A stretch of 61,869 bases of DNA, counting the filler, from Candidatus Eiseniibacteriota bacterium (GTDB lineage: Bacteria; Orphanbacterota; Orphanbacteria; Orphanbacterales; Orphanbacteraceae), in NCBI GenBank assembly GCA_043809585.1. It is 4 parts of 4 records of this genome, joined end to end, with 100 filler letters (N's around TTAATTAATTAA, not from the genome) between each part and the next. Parts side by side here need not be neighbours in the genome. Positions count along the whole stretch, not along the records: positions 1 to 27,836 come from JBDROZ010000067.1; 3 more parts are not named here. The stretch is one strand, 5' to 3'. Shown here piece by piece: positions 1 to 11,049 of this stretch. The position numbers were made by a program, and so were the translations under genes. The first letter of the stretch is position 1; each line of letters opens with the position of its first letter. Under the pieces are notes generated by a model, which did not search any database, was not told the origin of the DNA, and saw only the letters and a program-made list of their open reading frames with translations.

Positions 1-216
1 GCAAGGCCCGGCGGCTGCGTACTCGGGTAAAAACGTCCTCAATGGCCTTCTTAGGCCACCTCCGGGCGTTTTCCCCCTTGATCCTTGCCGCCGGACCTTT
101 CGCTCGATCTCGCGACGAAGGAGGTTGTGAAACCGATTCTAATCTCAAGCGGTCAATCTTCCGAAAAGGGGAAAGAACCTCCGGTTTCGTTCGAAAGAGG
201 ATTCAGAAGAGGATTC

Positions 217-2313
217 ATGAGCATCTCGGATTCGCTGAAGGTCGATCTTCCCCTTCTCCTCGCCACCATCGAGGACGACCCGAGCTTCGCGGGAATGATC
301 CTGCGCAATCTTGTCGCCTCGGGCTGGGAGACCTGTTCCTCGCCGCCGGGGGAGGGTGCGGTGATGGCGGGGTCCGTCCACAGGGCGATGACGGGCCTCC
401 TCCGCCTCCTTGCCCGGCGGACGGGTGCGACTCACACCTTCGCCGGGTTCGGCGGGGAATCGGAGGGGCTCCGGTTCGTTTGGACCCACGGATTCCCGAA
501 CCCCGAGGTGGGGGGGGAGTGGATCCGCGAGCGTTGGCCCCGTCTCGCGGCGTCCCTCGACGGGGAAGGGGCCTTCGAGGGAGCGGAGGAAGCGCCATCC
601 GCCGAAAACGGCGGCTCCGAAAAGGTGGCCCTCCGCGCGGTGCCGATCCGGGCGGGAGAGAATGGGGTCGGCGTCCTCGGCGCGGTCTGGCCCGGTCCCG
701 GCGCTCCCCCCCGGGAAGAGAACGGCTGCTCCCTCCGGAACGCCGCTTTTCTCCTCGGTCACACGGTCACGGAGATTTGGGAGAAGAACCGGACCCACGG
801 CATTCTCTACTCCATGATCCAATCCCTCGCCGCCGCCCTCGACGCGCGGGACGCCTACACCCGCGGCCATTCGGACCGCGTGGCCATCTACGCCATGGCG
901 GTGGCGAACGAGATGGGGATCGACGAAGCTTCGGATCGGCCTTTCGGGTTCCGGGACCAACTCCGCCTCGGCGCCTTGCTCCACGACATCGGGAAGGTGG
1001 GGATCCCGGACGAGATTCTCCGGAAGCCCTCGAAGCTCACGATCGACGAAATCCGGGCGGTCAAGGAGCACCCCGTACTCGGCGCGGAGATCGTACGATC
1101 CTCGGGCAGCCTGGACCACATCATCCCCGGCATCCTCCTTCACCACGAGCGGCTCGACGGTTCGGGATATCCCATGGGGCTCGTGGGGGACGAGATTCCC
1201 CTCGAGGCGCGGATCATCGGCATCGCCGACGTATTCGACGCCCTGACGAGCGGGCGCCCTTACCGGGACGGTCTCGCCCACGGAGACGCCGTGGACATCA
1301 TCAGCAAGGGGAGCGGCACCGAGTTCGATCCGGAGGTCGTGGAGGCGCTGGTCCGGACCTTCCGGAAGGGCGTGCTCACCGCCGTGCGCGTCACCACCAC
1401 CGCCGTGACCGGCCACATGACCCGGGAGAGGGAGCGGATCGAGCGGGAGCGGCCCGGGCTCGGCGATCGAGTACCTTCGGCTCCCGTCATTCTCCACCGG
1501 GTGACGCAGATCATCCGGGATCCGAACAGCTCGGTGAGCGACATCGCCCACGTGATTTCCGCCGACGAAGGCCTCGTGGTCCGCCTCCTCAAGGTGGCCA
1601 ACTCCGCCTTCTACGCGCTCCCCGGCCGGGTCGGCACGATCCCCATGGCGGTCACCCTGCTCGGCATGAACACGCTGAAGAACATCGTCATCGGGACCGC
1701 CATGTCCGACGTGGCCCGGTCGTTCCTCGGCACGGGCGAAGAGTCCCTCCGCCTGTGGGACCACGGCATCCGGGTCGGTGTCTGGTGCCGCGCCCTCGCC
1801 CGAGCGGTCGGAAGCCTCGACGGGGAGGAGGCATTCACGGCCGGGCTCCTCCACGATCTCGGCAAGGGGGTCGTCCTCCGGGAGCTTCCGAAATCCCAAT
1901 CCCGCCTCCGGAACCTGATCCTCGAGCGGCGGGAGTGCCGGATCCTCGAGAAGGAGGCGATCGGATTCGATCACGCCCAGCTGGGGGCGTGGGCCCTCGG
2001 CCGGTGGAGGCTTCCCGAATCGCTCGTCCTCGCCGTGCGGTACCACCACGAGCCGCGGGCGGCGGAGGAGACTTCGGAGGAGGTGACCCGCCTCGTCTGG
2101 GTGACCCACGTCGCGGACGTGATCGCCCACGAGGAGGGGGATGACCCGGAACGGATCCGGGAGGTCGTCGCCCGCCACGCCGATCCTCTCGTCGCCCACT
2201 ACCTTCCGCTCGGGGACGGGCGGCTCTTCGACGACCTCCGGCCGCGGGTCCGGGACGACCTCGAAGTCGCCCGCCGCGTTTTCGCCGAAACCGAGACCTC
2301 TCCCGTCCGCTGA
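217..2313 (+). CDS. HD-GYP phosphodiesterase domain fused to C-terminal HDOD domain (putative c-di-GMP phosphodiesterase)
   Basis: ORF 85..2313, ATG 217 after AGAGGA. Motifs YTRGHSDRVA, LLHDIGK and HHERLDGSGYP (HD-GYP), then PSAPVIL...VRLLKVANSAFY...AGLLHDLGK (HDOD). Confidence 0.88.
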   Translation: MSISDSLKVDLPLLLATIEDDPSFAGMILRNLVASGWETCSSPPGEGAVMAGSVHRAMTGLLRLLARRTGATHTFAGFGGESEGLRFVWTHGFPNPEVGGEWIRERWPRLAASLDGEGAFEGAEEAPSAENGGSEKVALRAVPIRAGENGVGVLGAVWPGPGAPPREENGCSLRNAAFLLGHTVTEIWEKNRTHGILYSMIQSLAAALDARDAYTRGHSDRVAIYAMAVANEMGIDEASDRPFGFRDQLRLGALLHDIGKVGIPDEILRKPSKLTIDEIRAVKEHPVLGAEIVRSSGSLDHIIPGILLHHERLDGSGYPMGLVGDEIPLEARIIGIADVFDALTSGRPYRDGLAHGDAVDIISKGSGTEFDPEVVEALVRTFRKGVLTAVRVTTTAVTGHMTRERERIERERPGLGDRVPSAPVILHRVTQIIRDPNSSVSDIAHVISADEGLVVRLLKVANSAFYALPGRVGTIPMAVTLLGMNTLKNIVIGTAMSDVARSFLGTGEESLRLWDHGIRVGVWCRALARAVGSLDGEEAFTAGLLHDLGKGVVLRELPKSQSRLRNLILERRECRILEKEAIGFDHAQLGAWALGRWRLPESLVLAVRYHHEPRAAEETSEEVTRLVWVTHVADVIAHEEGDDPERIREVVARHADPLVAHYLPLGDGRLFDDLRPRVRDDLEVARRVFAETETSPVR

Positions 2314-2455
2314 CACCGATCCGACTCATGGTCACTTTGGAAATTCCCGACACCCCTTCGGAGTGAACGCGTTTCCCCTCCCTCAATCCCCGGCCGATTC
2401 CTGCCGAAGCTCGGACTGCGAGGGCGATCCCCCGACATCGAAAGGGAGCGTGTCC

Positions 2456-3277
2456 ATGGCCTTGTGGAAAACGGAGCGGGAGATCAAGTACCCGATCTAT
2501 CCGACCCGCACGTGGCTCGAGAAGATCATCCTGAAGACCGGCGTCGGCGTGGCCCGGTGCGTCGTTTGCGGGTCGCTGGCGGCCATCAGGCCCGTGGAGG
2601 AGAACCTCCGCGAGAGTTGCCGCTGCTCGAGGTGCTCGGCCACGAACCGGCAGAGACAACTCGCGTACGTCCTTTGCGGGGCGGCGTCGTCGATGACCGG
2701 GCGCCGCGTGGCCTCCCTCCCCGAGCTGGCGCGGCTCGACCACCTGGCCGTTTACAACACCGAAGCCCGAGGGGCCGTGCACGGCCGCCTCCGGGCGATG
2801 AAGGGATACGTCTGCAGCGAGTACTTCGGCGACCGGTATGAGCCGGGCGCTCTCGTGAACGGGGTCCGTCACGAGGACCTTCAGGCCCTCTCCCTGGAAG
2901 ACGGCACGATCGATCTCGTCCTCTCGTCCGACGTGTTCGAGCACATTCCGGAGCCCTACGAAGCCCACGCCGAGGTCTACCGGGTCCTGAAACCGGGCGG
3001 CCGCCACGTCTTTACCGTCCCCTTCTACCAGACCGAGTTCCTCGACGAGGCGCGGACCGGCACCGACGACGAGGGGAACATGGTCCACCTGATGGAACCC
3101 CAGTACCACGGCGACCCGATCCGCGAAGAGGGGGCCCTCGTTCACACGATCTTCTCCCTCGAGATGCTGGTCGAGCTCCGGCGAATCGGGTTCCGGCCGA
3201 ACCTCTATCACCTCTATCGCCCGGCCCTCGGCATCGTGGGGCCGAACGCGATCGTCTTCGAGGCGATCAAGGACTGA
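2456..3277 (+). CDS. Class I SAM-dependent methyltransferase-like protein with N-terminal Cys-rich (Zn-ribbon-like) segment
   Basis: CVVC...CSRC near N-terminus; DLVLSSDVFEHIPEP...EVYRVLKPGG typical of Methyltransf_11 proteins; ATG 2456 after GGGAG. Confidence 0.75.
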   Translation: MALWKTEREIKYPIYPTRTWLEKIILKTGVGVARCVVCGSLAAIRPVEENLRESCRCSRCSATNRQRQLAYVLCGAASSMTGRRVASLPELARLDHLAVYNTEARGAVHGRLRAMKGYVCSEYFGDRYEPGALVNGVRHEDLQALSLEDGTIDLVLSSDVFEHIPEPYEAHAEVYRVLKPGGRHVFTVPFYQTEFLDEARTGTDDEGNMVHLMEPQYHGDPIREEGALVHTIFSLEMLVELRRIGFRPNLYHLYRPALGIVGPNAIVFEAIKD

Positions 3278-3629
3278 TGGAGGGAGGGGGCGGAGGGAAC
3301 CGCCCCGGAAGACGGCACCGGAAGGATGTTCCCTCCGCCGGCACCGGCTCCAAGCAAAGCCGCGGGGAGCGCGGATCGGCATAACTCCATATAAAACAAT
3401 TGCTTAAGCTTCTGGTGTCCGAGCGGGCCGCTCCGGAGGGGTTTCCGGACGGCCCCCGGAGGACATTCGGCCGAAATCGCGCGGTTTCGGCATTTTCCGC
3501 TCAAGCTTTCTCCATGAGAGAACGAAACGTAGGACAGCGAGGGCCGGAAGGGGAACCGGTGGGCCAAGGGGCCCGATATCGGCGGACCCGGAACGAATTT
3601 CCCGGCGGTGGCCGGCGGAGGGGGAACGA

Positions 3630-5005
3630 ATGACCCGTCACGAGACCGATTCGGAAGGCGTGGCCCGGATGGAGGGCGGCGGGTTCCGGTACCCCCCCCC
3701 GGACGGGGCGCTTCGCGACTCCCTCGAGACATTCAGTGAGAGTCTCGGGGCGCTTCGCGAAACGTGCGCCGACCTCGGCCGCCGGTGCGCCGATCTCGAC
3801 TGGGCCTTGAAGGAGTCGAACCGGAGGCTCCGGGAGAGCCTCGAGGAGCGGCGGAAGCTCGCCTCGCGGCTCGACGGCATACTGCGCTGCGTGCCGGTCG
3901 GCGTCGTCGCCGCCGACCCGGAGGGCCGGATCATCGAGTTCAACCGGGCGGCGGAGAAGATCACCGGCTTCGCCAAGGAGATGGTCACCGGCGTTCCTTA
4001 CGAAGATCTGATCGGGCGGCGGACCGGACGGCGTTTCGGCCTTCTTCATACGATCGAAACGGGAAACCCGATCGACGGCGAAGAGAAGCGGATCGCCGCC
4101 GCCGACGGCCGCCGGATTCCCGTCCGGTACGGCACGGCCCTCGTGCGGGGGGAGGAAGGGGAGGTCCTCGGCGCCGTGGAGGTCTTCGTCGACCTCCGGC
4201 GGACGAAGCTGATGGAGGAGGAACTTCTCCGCACCCGGACCCTCGCCGCCGTCGGCGAGATGTCCGCCGAGGTGGCCCGCCAGATCCGGAACCCGCTTGC
4301 CGGCGTCTCGGGTTTTGCCGAGATCCTCGGCCGGGACCTCGAGGGGGATCCGGCGCGGGCGGAGTTGGTCCGGAAGCTTCGTGAGGGTGTGGCCGGCGTG
4401 GAGCGCGCGGTCAGCCGCTTTCTCGAAGGGGCGGGCGACGGTCCGGCCCGGTACCGCTGCCTCGATGTCGCGGCGGTCGTGGACAAGACCCTCGACCTCT
4501 TCGAAGCGGGGATCGAGGAGGCGGAGGGCGTCCGGGTGGAACGCCGGATCGGGCGGAAGGAGGCCCTCGCGGAGATCGACGAGGGACAATTCTCCGGCGC
4601 GCTCCGACGGCTCCTTGCCAACGCCCGGGACGCGATGCCCGGGGGGGGCGTGATCACCGTCGCCCTCGACGTGGTGGAGAACCCGATGGACGGCGGCGAG
4701 GAAGGGGACGGGGGGGGGGAGGGCGCCGGGAGTGCCGGCATCCTCGATCCCGAGTCCACGGTGGTCGTTTCCGTCCGGGACACGGGAGAAGGAATGACGG
4801 CCGAAATCCGGGAGAACGCCTTCTCCCCCTTCTTCAGCACTCGGGATCGCCGGGTCGGCCTCGGCCTCACGATGGTGCGGCGCACTCTGACCGGCCATGG
4901 GGGGGAGGCGGGTCTCGAGAGCGAACCGGGCCGGGGGACGACGGTGGTTCTCCGCCTCCCCTCCGCACGGGTGTCGCGCATGATCGCCGAAGCGAGGAGG
5001 ACCTC

Positions 5006-5009
<4 letters not shown>
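3630..5009 (+). CDS. PAS-domain histidine-kinase-like protein (FleS/FlgS-like); H-box His replaced by Arg
   Basis: Coiled coil, PAS (FNRAAEKITG), HisKA-like EVARQIRNPL, HATPase N/G1/F/G2 boxes (LANARDAM, DTGEGM, FSPFFST, GLGL); overlaps the response regulator start. Confidence 0.85.
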
Positions 5010-6487
<1,478 letters not shown>

Positions 6488-6522
6488 TTCACCGCGAGGC
6501 CCTTGTCCGTCCGGAACGATCG

Positions 6523-6537
6523 TGGCCCGATCCTTGC
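6523..6537 (+). promoter_or_regulatory. Sigma-54 -24/-12 promoter of the flgB operon
   Basis: TGGCCCGATCCTTGC = GG-N10-GC, matching TGGCAC-N5-TTGC, about 60 nt upstream of flgB and directly downstream of a sigma-54 activator gene. Confidence 0.8.
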
Positions 6538-6596
6538 GAAATGGGGCTGCGTGTCGAAGTCCGGCCCGGTCGGACTTCTATGGGAGGAATCGAGTG

Positions 6597-6995
6597 ATGT
6601 CCACGTTCGGTCTGTTCTCGAGGACGACGCTGCCGGTGCTGAAACGGGTGATGGATTTCGCCGCACTTCGGCAGAGGGTGTACGCCGGGAACGTGGCGAA
6701 CGCCGAAGTCCCGGGCTACCGGCGGCGGGACGTGGAGTTCGCCGAGGAGATGGCGCGGGTCCGGGGGAACGCGCTCGCGCCGGCGACGACCGACGCCCGC
6801 CACATCGGCGAGACGGAGAAGTCCGAGCGGTTCTTCGAGATCGTCGAGGACCGGGGGCCGGACGGTGAAAACGGAGTCGACCTGGAAATCGAACTGGTCG
6901 CCCTCGCGGAAAACCAGCTTCGATTCAATATCGCCGCACGTCTCGCGGCGATGCGCGTGGCCGGGATCCGCGCGAGCATTCGGGGCCGCACCTAA
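6597..6995 (+). CDS. flgB: Flagellar basal-body rod protein FlgB
   Basis: RQRVYAGNVANAEVPGY and NGVDLEIEL motifs; ATG 6597 after GGGAGG. Confidence 0.92.
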   Translation: MSTFGLFSRTTLPVLKRVMDFAALRQRVYAGNVANAEVPGYRRRDVEFAEEMARVRGNALAPATTDARHIGETEKSERFFEIVEDRGPDGENGVDLEIELVALAENQLRFNIAARLAAMRVAGIRASIRGRT

Positions 6996-7024
6996 TCCGG
7001 CCGCCGATCGGGAGGTAAGACGAA

Positions 7025-7525
7025 ATGTCCGGTGACCTCTTCGGCCCGATGGACATCAGCGCCGCCGGGCTGTCGGCCCAGCGGAAGAGGATGGAGACGA
7101 TCGCGAGGAACCTGGCGAACGCCGGGACCACCCGCGGGGACGACGGCGAGATCTACGCGCGCCGCCGGATCGAGATGACCGCGGGAGAGGACGGGTCGGC
7201 CCGGCCCGCGCGGCGCCCCGTCCACCGCGTCTCCATGGCGAGGACTTCGGCGAGACATCTGCAGGCGTCGGAGCCCCGGCGGGCCGGCGGCCCGGGCCGG
7301 GCGGGCACCGTCGAGGCGCGGGAGGTGGCGGACCAAGACGCGGGCACGATCCGCGTCTTCGACCCCCATCACCCGGACGCGGACGAGCAGGGCTACGTGG
7401 AGATGCCCGACATCAATACGGTGACGGAGATGGTCGACATGGTGGCCGCCACGAGGGCCTACGAAGCCAACCTGGCCGCCATGAAGGCCTATCAGAGCAT
7501 GGTCAACAAGTCTCTCGAGATCTAG
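7025..7525 (+). CDS. flgC: Flagellar basal-body rod protein FlgC
   Basis: ISAAGLSAQRKRMETIARNLANA; DPHHPDAD..GYVEMPDIN..EMVDM..A.RAYEAN. Confidence 0.96.
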   Translation: MSGDLFGPMDISAAGLSAQRKRMETIARNLANAGTTRGDDGEIYARRRIEMTAGEDGSARPARRPVHRVSMARTSARHLQASEPRRAGGPGRAGTVEAREVADQDAGTIRVFDPHHPDADEQGYVEMPDINTVTEMVDMVAATRAYEANLAAMKAYQSMVNKSLEI

Positions 7526-7538
7526 GGGGGAGATATCC

Positions 7539-7862
7539 GTGACGTTCGATCCGGCAAGCGCCATTCCGATAAACCGTCCCGCGATTCGTCCGGGTGTCGC
7601 CCCCGAAGGACTGGGGGGACGGGGCGCGGCCCCGGTAGGGGGAGCGTCGTTCGCGGAGACCCTCAAGGGCTATTTGCAGGACGTCACCCGCCTCGAGCAG
7701 GAGGCGGATTTTCAGGTCCAGGCGCTGGCGGAGGGAAAGGTCTCCGATCCTCACGAAGTGATGATGGCGGTCGAGGAAGCGAACATGGCCTTGGACCTGT
7801 TGATCGAGATCCGGAACAAGCTGCTCGAGGCGTACCAGGAGCTGTCCCGGACTTCGGTGTAA
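7539..7862 (+). CDS. fliE: Flagellar hook-basal body protein FliE
   Basis: HEVMMAVEEA...EIRNKLLEAYQEL C-terminal signature; position after flgC. Confidence 0.95.
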   Translation: MTFDPASAIPINRPAIRPGVAPEGLGGRGAAPVGGASFAETLKGYLQDVTRLEQEADFQVQALAEGKVSDPHEVMMAVEEANMALDLLIEIRNKLLEAYQELSRTSV

Positions 7863-7886
7863 TGCATCGAGAGGAGGGATCCTTCG

Positions 7887-9380
7887 GTGGCTGATTCGAT
7901 GAGAAGGCTTTCCGCGGATATGCTGACCCGCTGGTTGGCCCTCGCGCCGGGCAGGAAGCTCGTCGCCGGGTGCCTCGCCGCGGGCGTGATCGCCACGGTG
8001 GTGATCTCGATCTTTCTCGCCCGCCACGCGACCTACGCCGTTCTCTACACCGGGCTCGAGACGGATCAGGCGTCGGCGGTGGTGGACGAACTCCGGGGCA
8101 TGCAGGTCTCGTTCCGGATCGCCGACTCGGGGCGCACCATCCTCGTTCCCGAAGGGGATGTGTATTCCCTGCGACTCGACCTCGCCGGCAAGGGCAATCC
8201 GGGGGGCGGCAAGGGGGGGTACGAGATCTTCGACAAGAGCCGGTTCGGCATGACCAACTTCATGCAGCAGGTCAACTACCGGCGCGCCCTCGAAGGGGAG
8301 CTCACGAGGACCATCCGGGAGATGGACGAGGTGATGGCCGCGCGCGTTCATCTGGTGATCCCCGAGCGCACCCTTTTCGCGGACGAGTCCCGTAAGCCCT
8401 CCGCGTCGGTCATGCTCCGGCTGAAGCCGGGCGTGAACCTCGCCCACAAGCAGATCGACGGGATCACGTACTTGGTCGCGGGGAGCGTGGAAGGGCTCGG
8501 GCTCGAGAACGTCAACATCGTCGACTATTACGGCAACCTCCTCTCGAACCAGCGGGGCGGCGAGTTCGATCCCGAGGGGAACGCGCGGCTGGAGATGCAG
8601 ACCGCCGCCGCCCGCTTCCTCGAGGAGAAGGCCCAGAGCCTCCTCGACCAGGTGGTCGGTCCGGGAAACGCGGTGGTGCGGGTGAGCGCCGACCTCGACC
8701 TCGAGCGCATCGAGAGGGATTCGGAGAAATTCGATCCCGACTTCGCGGTGGTGCGGAGCGAGGAGTTGAACGAGGAGGCGGGAGGCCAGTCCGGGGACGA
8801 GACGCGGAGCACGGTCACGAACTACGAGATCAACCGAACCGTGGAGCGCGTGGTGCGCGCCCCCGGCAACGTGAAGAGGCTCACCGTGGCGGTCACCGTC
8901 GACGGGCGTTACGAAGCCGCGGCGGGGGGAAAAGGCGCGGAGCCGGTCTTCGCCCCCCGAAGCGCCCAGGAACTCGATCAGCTCGGCGCCCTCGTCCGGA
9001 ACGCGGTCGGCCTCGACCAGTCCCGGGGGGACCAGTTCCACATCGCCTGCGTTCAGTTCGACCAACGTTCGATCGCGATCGAGCAAGAGGAGATGAAGAA
9101 GGCCGAGCGCCAGATGATGATCACCGCCCTCGCGAGCAAGGCGATCCTCGTGCTCGGCGCCCTGGCGGTTCTCTTCGTGCTTCGAAAGATCGTGAGGTCC
9201 CTCGGGACGACGCTCGCGCAGGCGCCGGCCCGGCCGGGGGGAGGGGCGACCGGGGGGGACGCCGTGGCGGCCGAGGCGGCCCGGATCCAATCCCTGACGA
9301 ACCGCGTCTCGGAGCTCGCCCGGACGCAGCCCGAGGAATCGGCCGCGCTGATTCGAACCATGGTCGGGGAGGAGAAGTAG
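7887..9380 (+). CDS. fliF: Flagellar MS-ring protein FliF
   Basis: Two TM segments; GYEIFDK..FGMT.F, RALEGELTRTI, ARVHLVIP, PSASV, TNYEINRT. Confidence 0.96.
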   Translation: MADSMRRLSADMLTRWLALAPGRKLVAGCLAAGVIATVVISIFLARHATYAVLYTGLETDQASAVVDELRGMQVSFRIADSGRTILVPEGDVYSLRLDLAGKGNPGGGKGGYEIFDKSRFGMTNFMQQVNYRRALEGELTRTIREMDEVMAARVHLVIPERTLFADESRKPSASVMLRLKPGVNLAHKQIDGITYLVAGSVEGLGLENVNIVDYYGNLLSNQRGGEFDPEGNARLEMQTAAARFLEEKAQSLLDQVVGPGNAVVRVSADLDLERIERDSEKFDPDFAVVRSEELNEEAGGQSGDETRSTVTNYEINRTVERVVRAPGNVKRLTVAVTVDGRYEAAAGGKGAEPVFAPRSAQELDQLGALVRNAVGLDQSRGDQFHIACVQFDQRSIAIEQEEMKKAERQMMITALASKAILVLGALAVLFVLRKIVRSLGTTLAQAPARPGGGATGGDAVAAEAARIQSLTNRVSELARTQPEESAALIRTMVGEEK

Positions 9381-9386
9381 GAAGCC

Positions 9387-10394
9387 ATGAGCCACCTCGC
9401 CGTCACCGATCTCACGCCGAAGCAGCGGGCGGCCATCGTGGTGATGTCCATCGGTCCGGGCGCGGGTGACGTCCTCAAGGAGCTCGGCGGGAGCGTGGTC
9501 GAGCAGCTGGCCGAGACGATCGTGCAGCTCGGGGATGTCCCGAAGGATGTCCGGAACGAAGTGTTGGCCGAGTTTCACAACCGTCTCGCCGCGAACCAGG
9601 CCCGCGAAGCCGGGGGGTTGGAGAAGGCGTCGGCGATCCTCGAGGTGAGTCTCGGGAAGGCGGGGGCGAACCAGGTCGTGCAGCGGATCGGATGGCGGGC
9701 GAACCGGAAGCTGATGGCCTACGCGAGGCGGGACCCCGGAAAGTTCGCCGGGCTCCTGGCGGAAGAGCACCCCCAGACGATCGCGTTCATTCTCACTCAG
9801 GTGGAGGAAGAAACGGCGGGCAAGGTGATCTCGGCCCTTCCCGAAGAGATCCAGCCGGATCTGACCTGGCGGGTGGCGACCATGGGCGAGATTTCTCCGG
9901 ACGTGGCGGGCGCGGTGCACGCCGCCCTCGCGCCGGTTGTCGACCCTCCGGAGGGGCCGGTGAAGCGCTTCGAGCGTCTCGGGGGCGAGGAGAAGGCGGC
10001 GGGCCTTCTCAACATGGTCCCTCTCCGGTCCCAGAAGACGGTTCTCGAGACGATGGCCGTCCGGGACCAGGAGATCGCGAACCGGGTGCGGAAGCTGATG
10101 TTCGTCTTCCGCGACATCCTTCTCCTCGACGACCGCGCCATGCAGCGGGTCCTCAAGGAGGTGGACGTGAAGGACCTCTCGATGGCTTTGAAGCCCGCCG
10201 AGGATGACGTGAAGCAGAAGATCTTCAAGAACGTCTCCGAACGGGCCGCGATCAGCATCAAGGAGGAGATGGAGTACATGGGCCCGGTCAGGCCGAACGA
10301 GATCGAGATGGCCCAGGACCGGATCATCGACTCGATCCGCTCTCTCGAGGAGAAGGGCGAGATCATGATCGAGCGCGGCGAGGGGGGATCGTAG
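9387..10394 (+). CDS. fliG: Flagellar motor switch protein FliG
   Basis: EHPQTIA, GG linker, MFVF and torque-helix region SERAAISIKEEMEYMGPVR. Confidence 0.96.
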   Translation: MSHLAVTDLTPKQRAAIVVMSIGPGAGDVLKELGGSVVEQLAETIVQLGDVPKDVRNEVLAEFHNRLAANQAREAGGLEKASAILEVSLGKAGANQVVQRIGWRANRKLMAYARRDPGKFAGLLAEEHPQTIAFILTQVEEETAGKVISALPEEIQPDLTWRVATMGEISPDVAGAVHAALAPVVDPPEGPVKRFERLGGEEKAAGLLNMVPLRSQKTVLETMAVRDQEIANRVRKLMFVFRDILLLDDRAMQRVLKEVDVKDLSMALKPAEDDVKQKIFKNVSERAAISIKEEMEYMGPVRPNEIEMAQDRIIDSIRSLEEKGEIMIERGEGGS

Positions 10395-10395
10395 C

Positions 10396-11049
10396 ATGCC
10401 GTCCCGCGTGATCCGCCCGACCCGGCTGCGCGAAGAGGCCCGCATGGTCTCTCTTCCCCCGGCGGGGAGGAACGACGCCGCGGCGCCCGACGAGCTCGGC
10501 GCCGCGCGGGAACGGGAGCGGGCGGCCCTCGAGAAGATCGCCGAGTACGAGCGCCGGTGGAACGACCGGGAAGCCGGGTTCGATGCCCGCCTCGCCGCGG
10601 CGGCGGAGGACGCGGCCCGGCCCGTGGAGGAGATCGTCGGGCGGTTCACTTCGATGATGGACGACTTCGAGGCCCAGCGGCGGGACCTGGTCCGCTCCTC
10701 GGAGGACACGGTGGTCCGGCTCGCGGTGGCGGTGGCCCGGCGGATTCTGAGCGAGGCCGTGACGGTGGACGAGGAAGGGGTGCTTGAAACGGTTCGGCGG
10801 GCCCTGAAGCAGGTGGTGGAGAAAGAAAACGTGATCATCCACGTCAACCCCGACGACCTTCGGATCGTGCGGGAGCACGGCTCGGAGTGGCTCGGCATCC
10901 TGGAAGGGACCCGCTCCCTGGAGATCCAGGAGGACGATCGGATCGGACGGGGCGGATGCCTCGTGGAGACGGAGTCGGGGAACGTGGAAGCCCAGATCGA
11001 AAAGCAACTCAAGACGCTCGAGAGGGCGTTGATCGAGAAGGTGCGATGA
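10396..11049 (+). CDS. fliH: Flagellar assembly protein FliH
   Basis: IIHVNPDD...GRGGCLVET.SG.VEA C-terminal domain; between fliG and fliI. Confidence 0.92.
   Translation: MPSRVIRPTRLREEARMVSLPPAGRNDAAAPDELGAARERERAALEKIAEYERRWNDREAGFDARLAAAAEDAARPVEEIVGRFTSMMDDFEAQRRDLVRSSEDTVVRLAVAVARRILSEAVTVDEEGVLETVRRALKQVVEKENVIIHVNPDDLRIVREHGSEWLGILEGTRSLEIQEDDRIGRGGCLVETESGNVEAQIEKQLKTLERALIEKVR

Noticed and set aside
3278-3629. Possible c-di-GMP riboswitch upstream of the flagellar regulators (GCAAAGC seen)
   Set aside because: The GGCAAA/GNRA P2 stem and tetraloop-receptor arrangement could not be built.
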